Assembly (NCBI RefSeq): GCF_021028975.2
Contig: NC_059427.1
Span: 52,948,001-53,012,000, forward strand
Direction of reading: 5' to 3'
DNA length: 64,000 bases
DNA from: Sphaerodactylus townsendi
Lineage: Eukaryota
The notes beneath the pieces are model-generated. The model made no database searches. It had not been told where the DNA came from and saw only the letters and a list, made by a program, of their open reading frames with translations. Every line of letters begins with the position of its first letter. The stretch's first letter is position 1. The translations under genes were made by a program, and so were the position numbers. Positions 43,439-64,000 of this stretch are shown here, piece by piece.

Positions 43439-44828
43439 ATGTTGGTTATATATTGGGGAGGTAGTTTTTAATTCTTTTAGAAGAGGGGTTTTTGAACAGT
43501 TCGTAATGTTGATGACAAAAAATTACTATGGCAAAGTAGAAGACCTGTAACGCTTAACTGTATTATTTCAAGAGTAGTCCTAAGCAGCATGGATATAAAC
43601 AACTTCAAGTCATTGAAGTGTTTTGCATAACTCTAAAGCTTCTACTGAACTGTATAAGAATTTTGAAAAATCCCAGTCTTTACATAGTGAACATTTCCCC
43701 GCTGATCTAGCTATGATTTATACAGTTGAGAACGAATGTGTACAAATGAGTTCTCTATGTGCAATTCCCTATTGCTGATTCAGTAGCTGGCACGGCCCTT
43801 TTAAAATCTGAAATCCTGCTGATACAGTAGATGGAACTGACTTTGGTCCCCAGGCTGTTTCTTTTTCCCAGACAAACAGCAGCAGTTTCTTAGCTTTTTA
43901 AACTTTTAGATCTTAAAAAGGGGCTTCTCAGGCACAGCCTCAGCTGTGTGGGCTGCTTCTTATGCCTTGTGTTTACCGTGTGCTTTTAAAACAGGGAACT
44001 AAAAGCATCCACAAGGTTCCAAAATGAGGAAAAAAGGATGGAAAAAGCCTACGATTGCTGTTTTCCTGTCTATCACAAAGATTTCATTTAATTGTATGGA
44101 AGAGAGAGCACACTTGTTTCAATCAGTAGTCGATCAAGCTGCTTGAGATATTACTAGATGGCTTGGGATTGAGTTGCTAAGGGAATATAGCTATGATCTT
44201 CAAAACTGGCAGTAAGTGAGTGTTCCCCAACACAGGGAGCAGAACACACAAGGTTGTCCATGATGCCATCCGTAGTTCCACCCATGTGTGACATGTTCTG
44301 AACAGACCAGACAGTAGAAAATAATGGCTGACCCTCCCATTTAGAAAGCTGGAAGCCAATGAAGCAGCCTTCTGTTTTTTAATTGGCTGTTTGTTTCTCT
44401 TGTGTGCGACCATCCTTACTTTGTGCTCACAGCATGGGTGGATCAGCCATGTAACTTGTAAGGAAGCTTCCCAATGGGCTGCTGCACTAAGGAATGATTA
44501 GTGGCTAGGAAGCAAGCAGAGCCAAGCCCCGGTATCTCTGCCTGAGCCTCAGCTTGGCCTGGATCCTGCATCAGCAATAAGAGTTGAGTTCAGCTCACCA
44601 GATGTCTCCTTTGAGTTTGGAGAATGGTGCACTGGGTGAACTAATGCCCATTGTCAGCTCCACTGAGCTGAATGACCCTGCAGTGCTGGCTTGACTTGCT
44701 TCAGGGCCACTTTTGCTTCCCAGTCTGCTGCTGATCCATAGTGCCAGAGTTTTCTTTAAGGAGCTCAATGTATATTCCTTTATATTCTTCTTTAAGAATT
44801 TTAGATTCTCGTGGGATCATTACAAGTA

Positions 44829-45110
44829 GTAGAAGAAGAAGAGTTGGATTTATATCCCCTCTTTCCTGTAAGGAGACAAAGGGACTGACAGTCCCCCCCC
44901 CCCAACAGACATCCCGTCAGGTAGGTGGGACTGAGAGAGCTTTGAAGAACTGTGACTAGCGCAAAGTCACCCAACTGGTGTGTGTTGGTGCACAAGCTAA
45001 TCTGATTTCTTTAGAGAAGTCTCCACAGCTCAAGTGGCAGAGCGGAGAATCAAACCCCGTTCCTCCAGATTAGAGTGTACTTGCTCTTAACCACTACGCC
45101 ACTGGTGCTC
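44829..45110 (-). mobile_element. Near full-length tRNA-derived SINE (Squam3-like)
   Basis: Minus strand has A box TGGCGTAGTGG, B box GGTTTGATTCTCC and a (TCT)n tail. Confidence 0.8.
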
Positions 45111-47315
45111 TCTTGTGTGTTCTGCTCTCCCTCTTGTATGTTCTGCTCTCTGTGCTGGGGAACACTTACTGCCAGTTCTGAAGATCGTAGCTATATTCCC
45201 TTAGCAACTCTCACTAATTCCAAGCTAACTGCTTTTGTATCACAAAATCAAGGTTACCTTTTCAAGGACTTCTCAAACTGGGCTTCTGATGTCTTTGTTC
45301 AAAGCAAGCTTTCTAATCAAGGTGAGCATCTGAGAATATAACTATATAATGGAGTTCTGTGCATGGAGTGCCAGGTATTTTCAAAAAGTGGTTTACCAGG
45401 GGATCACAGAGCAACAGGAGTAGACTGTTAAAGCTTTTCCTGTGCCATTTTCCACATCAAAAACTGCCCCAAGAAAACTATTGGAAAAAAAAATTTGCTG
45501 CATGTGTTCTATATGTGGGAATCCCAACATATACCAACAAATCTGCTTTATATTCTGAAAATCAGAACATGTGACTTCAGATTAAAGATTTTTTTATGAG
45601 GAAACCTGGCCAGTATCTAGATGCAAGGACTTCACTGGACACACGCACACGCACACACACACACGCACACAAAAGTACAAACAGAAACTTGCTCCTGATT
45701 TCTTGAATGTGCCTCTGGAATCTTTGCCACATCAGCAAACCTGATAGATTAGCTGCCTTTTCAAAAGGCTCGCCTGAAGTACTGAAACTCTCTTGGGCTG
45801 CCAAGAATGTATTATGCCACAAAAACAGAAGATCAACATGTAGTGTGCTTTAAAATAGCACTTCTGGGTAAATGCAATTTCTGTGGTCCTATTACTCACA
45901 TCTGGTTCCGTTTTTCTTCACTTGTATATTGACCAGTGTTCTTTATTGCAAAAACACCGACCTCTAGTTGTATAGGTCAGCATTTCTGGGGGGACTGGAG
46001 TGTGTTCAAATTCTTCTTTCCAATAACAGGGAAATTAACAAATTTATACGTTGGAAGCAGCAAAATTGCTGTGTTGCAGGCATCAGGGCTTTAGGTTTCA
46101 GAAAAGTTTATCTGCTTTTGGTTCTTTATTCTGACCAAGGCACTCTAATTTTTAAAACTTTTCTTTGCACTAACATTGCACTAACAAGGATGTTGTTATA
46201 GTAATATAAAACACAAGTTTTATCTATAGATTACTGATCAACAAAAGGAAATATGTCCAGGTATAATAATATGGCAGATAGCCTATATGATTTCTGGAAG
46301 ATATCAAGATGATATAATTCAAACTGAATCTTGATGGTCAAGGATCAGGTAGAATAATTTAATGTACAGTTATCTATGGTGAAATTCCAGGATAAAATTC
46401 CAGTTTACTTGTTCTTTCTGTGGGGGGCTACCATTAAAAAAAACCTCTGCAAGATATTAGAAGGAAAAATGTTAGGTGATCTTCCAACAGCACTGACAAA
46501 ACTAAGGTAAAAATGTAAAAGTATGAATTTTACAAAAAGAGAATGAATAGAAACCTGAAAATGTTCACTGGCTGAATAACATTTTAGAGTATTGTGAGGG
46601 AATAAACTATGAAGGTCTGGTAAGAAAAGCCAGATGAATTGGTAGGCTTTTTCACTATTAAGGAAAAGGGATTTTTAAAAGTGCATTAAAATTGTGACCA
46701 TTTATGCACATGTAGTCACCTTCACTTTGAGTATACATTCCCTTTGGATTTTATTCTGTTATACTCATATTTCCTCCTCTTTAGAATTTACCCCAGCTGT
46801 CAAATCTGAGATCCCTGTGGTTTCTGAGTGGTCTGTAAACATGACTTTCCCCCTCCCTTCACAGGAAAAGCAGATGAGATCCCTATGCATTTGTACTTCC
46901 TTGAGTTTTTTCACTTGAGTTTTTCACTTGAGTATTTTCTTCCTGCGCCCCCCCCCCCACATTAAAGTAGTTTCACCCACTCTACATGCCACCATTTCAG
47001 GATAATCAGGAGGTTTCAGGAGCTCCCCCTCACCGCTAGCTGTCTTTTAAAAAAATTCACAGTTAAAGTCCATCAATGGGGTGTTGAACCAGGTGAAATT
47101 GACAAGGCTGGGTTCATTCAGCAAACTACCAATAGCCTTTTAGATAGTGTAACCCCCATGCCCAGAATGGGTTGGCCCAGAATGGGTTGACCCAGTAAGG
47201 GGTGGAGACTCGGAGCAGCAGAGAGGCTGAAAGAGCTCTTTTGCAGAAGAACAAGGCTACCAGACTCGGACCTTGATTTCTATAAGCCCTTAACACCTTG
47301 TTAAGGGTTTCTTTT

Positions 47316-47415
47316 NNNNNNNNNNNNNNNNNNNNNNNNNNNNNNNNNNNNNNNNNNNNNNNNNNNNNNNNNNNNNNNNNNNNNNNNNNNNNNNNNNNNN
47401 NNNNNNNNNNNNNNN
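47316..47415. other. Assembly gap (100 N, probably unsized)
   Basis: N run. Confidence 1.
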
Positions 47416-47479
<64 letters not shown>

Positions 47480-47487
47480 TGTGTGTG
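47416..47487. repeat. (TC)23(TG)13 compound microsatellite, copy 2
   Basis: Same unit counts as 18473-18544. Confidence 0.95.
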
Positions 47488-50293
47488 TCTGTGTATCTCA
47501 CCCCAAGCCTGGGCGTGTCTGCCGGAAGGTAGGCAGGGCAGCTTGACAGGGACTTTATTCCCACGTAAGAGTTTATAGGATCGCAGTCACGAAAAGGAGG
47601 TAAACATCAGGGAAGGGAGTTTTGCGCCACTGACGATTCTGTCTTCGTTTACTCGGGAGTAGAGGCCCGAGTATTTCAGTGACACTTACTTTATGGTATA
47701 CACTCTGAGGGTGGTCTAAATGTTTGCATCGACCCTGGTGCTATTCTGCAACTTGGGGCCAAGTTCGGGTACAGGGTGGAGGCGTTGGATGGAGCGCTCC
47801 TGGGGGCCGCTAAAGGAATGGATGTTGCGCTCCTTTCGGTGCACTGAAGGGGGTTGTCGCCCAAGTGCTGTCTCATGATACTCACAAGATCATTGGCCAA
47901 GAGACAGACTCCTTGGAAATCCTAGAAAAGGTAGGAGTGCCGCGTCGATTGATGTTCACTAACAAGCGTTGCAGTTTCGATCAAGACATTGTTATTGGCT
48001 CTGGGGATCCGAAGGGAGGGAGGTTCGGCAAATAAATAACGCTAAAAAATAAAGCTGGCGAGATGATCCACTCATCATTGCCGCGCCTTTTTAAAAACCA
48101 GCCGCTGTTCGCATGTAACACGTGTCTTGGGGCCTATGTACCTTTGCACAAATGTCTTGCATAAACCTTTGGTGCCTGCCAGGCTTATCAACGTATCCCG
48201 CTTCCTCCAGCCAATCAGATTTACCTTCAGCACCGTTTTCCAGAGCCCTAGACGCATTGGTAGAACTCTGCCAATCTGGGGATCTGTCCCATTTCACAAG
48301 ACAATTGGATAGCCCTTGAAAACTGCGCCTGCCCCTGGCCCATTTGACTGCGAGGCAACCCCCTGAGCAGGGGAGAATTCTTTGCTGTCATTAGAAACCA
48401 CGCCCTTTCCCCACTTACCTTAAGCCCCGCGCTACTGGGTCCCTCTGCACTCCCCACTGAGAGGGGCGTCGACAGCGCAGCCGCCACCACGCTGCTGCTG
48501 TCGCGCCCCTCAGCGCTAGGCATTCCTGGCGCTCTTTCAAAGGGCGCCTTTTGATGACCCTGCGCAGAGCGGGGGTCCTGGTGCGCCAGGGATGCCACGA
48601 GCTGGGGATTGCACGGAGCAACTCTCGGAAAAGGGTAAGTGGGGAAAGGGTCAGTGTCGGAAGAAAAACCACTGGGCTGGGGTGGGGGGGGGGGGCGCCG
48701 TTTGCCATGATGCGAGACCGCGAATCCTGGCCTCTGAAATTCTACACCAGCATTAAATTCTGCCCTCAACCCCAAAGAAGAGCAGAAGAGAAAAACTGCT
48801 TTTATACCCAACTTCCCCCCACCATTTAAGGAGCCTGAAAGCAGCTCACAACAAGCACCTTGTGAGGTAGGCGAGGCTGAGAGAATTCTGAGAGACTCCA
48901 AGGGCACCCAGCAGGCTTCATGTGCAGGAGCCGGATATCCAACCCAGTTCTACAGATTACTCCTCTCTGTTCATGTGGAAAAGCAGAGGATCACACTTGA
49001 TGCTCGGCATCAGTGCCAGCAGCTCATGTGGAGAAGAAGGGAATCAAACCCGCTTCTTCAGATTAGAGTCCACCTCTCTTAACCACTACAACAAGCTGGA
49101 ACTGATTGTTGTTCCAGGTATACCTTAATTTTAAAATAACAAACCTGTGGTAAGAACGTCAAATGTGGCCGATTGGAATGGATCGTGGGTCTCTTGACAA
49201 TCCTTGGCTGCCAGGACCGTTAAGCAACAATCCAAGAACTAAAGTCACGTCACAGAATATTAATTACTTAAAAAAAAACACCGGACACCACCCTGTCCAA
49301 CTATATAAACAAGATCCCAGTGAGGATGAGCACGACATAGACCGGGTGGCCCGGTGACATCGGGCAGCGTTTGCAGTCCTCATTAGAGACACTCGCAGAT
49401 GGTGGCAACAGTCCGGGGTGAGCCAGTCTGAGCGCGGTTTGGACGCCCGGCTTGGGTGGGGGGGGGGGGGCGGTGTGTGCGCGGGGATCCGCGGCGACTC
49501 CGGATCAGAAACGCGCAGCTGCCGCGCTCGCCGGGGTGCGCCGTGGAGGTGCTGCCTGCGGGGCGGGCCGAGGAAGGCGCGCCCGCTCCCCGCCCGCCGG
49601 AGGTGCGGGGCCAAGCCATAGGTGGAGGCGGGGCGCATGCGCAGCCGCCGAGGGCTCCCCGGCCCCCCTCCGCTCGCCTCCAGACTCGCCGACTTTCTCT
49701 TGCAGCGGGCAGCAGCCAGGAGGGCGGCCGCGCACGCCATGTAGCCGGGGCTCGATCGCGCCACTGCCGGGGCTGCCCGGGGCCAGCAGCAGCAACTCAG
49801 GCTGTTACCGCCGCGCTCCCAAGCTCGCCCGTGCGGAGCAGCAGCCCGTCTCGTCCCGCTCGCCCCCCGCGCCGCTTTCGCTCGCTTGCAATGGAGGTTG
49901 CCCGGCGGGGCACGGCGCGGCAGCCCAGGGCGCCCGGCGGCAGCGGGTAGGCAGGAGGCGAGCGCCGGGGCAGCCTCCCCCGAGGGCGTGCCCGGCAGCA
50001 GCCAGCCGGTCCCCGGAGCGACGCGATCGCCCAGCCCAGCCCGCACCTTGGAGGCGCCCGTGCCGGCGGTCCGGTCCGCGTCTGTCCCCACCGGGCCGGC
50101 TTCGTCGTGATCGCGGATGGACCTAGTTGCCAAGGAGGCTTCTCTGGCCCGCCGCCCCGGGCGCTTCGCTGCAGAGCTCTGCCTCGGAGGATAAACCCAC
50201 GACGCCCTCCGCGCTTTCGGGCTTCCCCGCTTGGATTACTCGACTTTGTGGCCCGCTTCTCTCCCCCTCCTCCCGCGCGCCCCCTCCCCAACA

Positions 50294-61307
<11,014 letters not shown>

Positions 61308-63544
61308 GTAAGTAGCCCAAACAGAACTTTTTTTCCTGCAGTTTTCCTTTGACCTGAATGTCAGAAGTGTGGTTTCCATTGACGATTTTGTTCCTTGAAT
61401 GTATTTCCTGAAAATTGTGCCTGTTGGGTTTGGCAAGTTGAATTTGCATCCTAGTTGCCTGCAGGTGAGACTTGTTGGCTGGACTCAGAAATGTTACAGT
61501 CCTTTTCTTTATATGCAGAAGAGGAATATTGCTAATTCAAATGAGAAAGAGGCAATGGAAGGAAGAGAATGAACTTGTGGCAATACAAGGGCCATTGGCT
61601 AGATTCCTTCCTTGACATGGGTCCAAAGGACACCTTTCCACTTCCGGATTCTCTAGCAAAACTGTTGAAAGCACAGCAAATTTTATGCTGAATAGGATTT
61701 TAGGGGTTTATGTTTCCAACCAAACCAGATTTCTTTGGAGAAGAACAACGGAGCACCAGGATTCCCAAAGTGAAATCTTTTGCAGGGGGGTTGTGCTCCT
61801 TTTTCCTTGTGAGGCTGTGAAAAAAAAAGCCCTTCGCGATATTGTTAGAAAACATGTTCTTCTGTGGTAAAAGTTTGTTTTTTATGGCTTTTTAAATCTT
61901 CAGAATCTTTTAAATGAAGGAGTGTAAACTTTTTTTTATTGCTCTGAAGTGAAGGAGCCAAAGTCATTATTTTCCTAGAACTGATGGTGCCAGGAGTAGT
62001 CGGCTGGAGACTTTACACTTGTGTTTCAAGGTGAATTAGGATGAAGGATAATTGAAAATTAATAGCATTTAAATGTGAGAAGAAGGCATCTGAAAGCAAT
62101 GGAAAGGCCAATTTGCTGCCCAACAGAAGAAAAATTACTTTTCACAGTTGCCTACATAGCCTTAGAGTGGCTGCTCACTCCCTTGCCCCCCTTGAGCTCC
62201 CTTCCTGCCATGCCATTTGGCAGAGTTTGAATTCCCTTCCCCCTGTTAATGCTGGGTGGAAGTGGCATTTAGCATCCACCTAATGTGTCAGACCCCAGGA
62301 TTTTTGGAGCTGTGTCAACACTGACTCATGTCTGTTTATACTGGGTAAATTATCAAGGCCTTTTTGCCAAGGCTTCACAAGGAGGATATTGCGATGTAGG
62401 CCTGTCCCTTGCCCAGAGGTGTTTGGGGGGTTTTCTAACTTGCTTGGAGTCTCTCTGCCGTGCTTGAAATTCAGTGTGGGAGGGTTCTTTAAACCAAGAT
62501 TGGAAAGTCTGCTGTTGGGGTGGCCACCTTTCTTGGAGGATGGAGAGAAAAGAAAACGCCAGTCTCTAATACAGGCCTAGTATTCGCAGTGCAGTCAATT
62601 GTGTGACTAGTCAAAAGTGATTTATTTGTAGCTGGTTAGAAAGATACATTTAAGAAACTGCTCTGATTGGGTCTAGGGGATGTACACAGATCTATTTCTC
62701 TTTTTAGGAATGTTTCAGCTATAGTTCCTCTCCCATACAACTGCTCTGTAACTGCCCTTGAGATTTTTTTAAAAAACTAACATTATATAAAATGGCAATT
62801 CAAAGGAAAATTGCCACTCATGTGTGCAGTGTGTCTCCCCTCCTAGCACTTCCCTTGAATCTCTGTTCTGCCTAACCCTCCCACCGCAACCTAAAGTTAT
62901 GAGTCAACCAATATTATATGCTTTTAACCTCCATTTATTTCAATGGAAGCAAATTTAAGTGTCTGCTTTGATCTCTTCAGCTGGAATCAGTAGCATTTAA
63001 ATATGACTGGATAAGACCCTGCTGTTGTTTTAATTTTTTTGGAGGTTAAACAGAAGATTGGAGGGTTCAAGAGGGATAATTTCAAAAGATAAAACTTTGG
63101 TAGAAAACAGTGTACACACTAAACTACCTAAGTGGTGCCAATCTGAATCCCAGTTGATAAGCACAATTCCACAGAAGTTAACAGGAATTGAGTCCCATGG
63201 CATTGATTTGGTTATGAGGAATTTTTTTTTGCTGGATTTTGTTTTTAAATTATTTCTAGGTCAGCCTTTCAATAGTTCAAGAAGTCCTTAAAAATGCGCA
63301 AATTACCTTAACAAAAGAGGACCAAAGAAATCACCCTAAAGCCTGCAGGCAACTGCCTTCCTCATCATTTATCTCCCTTTCACTGATCATGATTTATTAC
63401 TGGAAGTATTTTCACATCTCAATTCAGAATGGCTTTCTTTTAAATAGAGCTAATCTGGGGTCAGTTCAGATTACATATGAATTTTCCTCACATTAAAGTT
63501 CATTCCTTTCTGAGCTCCAGACTTAGCTTTGTGACACTCTGATA

Positions 63545-63894
63545 CAGAGGTGTAGCTGAGCCAGAGTGCGCCTGGTGCACACTCTGTATTTTCCGCCCCA
63601 CCCCCTCCACGGCACCCTGTCCCCCTTACCTTAGTTCAGCATGGAAAAGGGGCCTGTTCCCTTCAGGCTAAAAAACTGGGGCTCGCAAGATCTCCTGACA
63701 AGCGTAGTTCCCACCAGGCCATTTTAAACCTGAAGGGAACAGGGTGCTTCTCCAGCCTGCACTGTTTCACTAATGTGAGTGTGGGGGGCGCTGTGAGGGA
63801 GCAGGAGGGGGATGCTGTGGGGGGGGGATTTTCTGCCCCCAGGTGCACACCCGGTGCAACATGCACCCCCCTTCCCCTGGTAGCTTCACCTCTG
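63545..63894. mobile_element. hAT-like MITE, copy 2 of 34862-35211
   Basis: Same TIRs and TSDs as the copy-1 element. Confidence 0.8.
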
Positions 63895-64000
63895 CCCTGA
63901 TATAATCAGGAATGTGATGGGCTGGACATCCTCTTTATTGGGTCCCTTTCTTTCCCCCCAATTTACAGAAAAGGAGGGAAGGGTAACATGAAGTGTGAGC

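Larger units (their letters stand above)
40430..43458 (+). other. WNT5A: WNT5A 3' UTR (~3.0 kb; 3' end approximate)
   Basis: AU-rich sequence after the stop. The terminal block 43260-43450 resembles my recollection of the mammalian WNT5A mRNA end, and is followed by AATAAA and a GU/U-rich downstream tract. Confidence 0.75.

Noticed and set aside
44829-45110. Possible tRNA gene here, and a possible 5S rRNA gene at 35484-35580
   Set aside because: Only degenerate heads attached to SINE bodies and tails; no complete cloverleaf or full 5S sequence.
47288-47315. Hairpin CCCTTAACA-CCT-TGTTAAGGG followed by a T-rich tail, resembling a bacterial intrinsic terminator
   Set aside because: The context is eukaryotic, and this short stem at a contig edge is likely chance or an end artefact.

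Overview
Vertebrate genomic DNA, most likely a squamate reptile and probably a gecko (inferred from the SINE and MITE families). It contains the WNT5A locus on the + strand. 1-18372 is a GC/CpG-rich 5' regulatory domain with several CpG islands and candidate upstream first exons. Copy 1 of the gene (ATG 21448, exons 2-5, stop 40429, poly(A) signal 43433) lies between two 100-N gaps. Its exon 3 carries an in-frame stop and its exon 4 is frameshifted. Copy 2 (47416 to beyond the window end) repeats 18473-35317 and has intact exons 1-4; its exon 5 would lie about 4.7 kb past the window. Copy-2 exons 1-4 plus copy-1 exon 5 give an intact 385-aa WNT5A. The duplicate is most likely an assembly artefact: both copies start at identical microsatellites after gaps, and perfect blocks alternate with indel-noisy blocks. 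A real tandem duplication cannot be excluded without reads. Intron 4 and the 3' UTR carry SINEs and DNA-transposon MITEs, including a hAT-like element with a captured CR1 fragment. The most promising biological leads are the multi-promoter architecture and a possible alternative coding first exon at 12789-12845. I found no convincing novel multi-gene system; nearly all ORFs in the track are spurious GC-rich frames. Repeat-family names and comparisons to human/chicken come from memory, not database searches.
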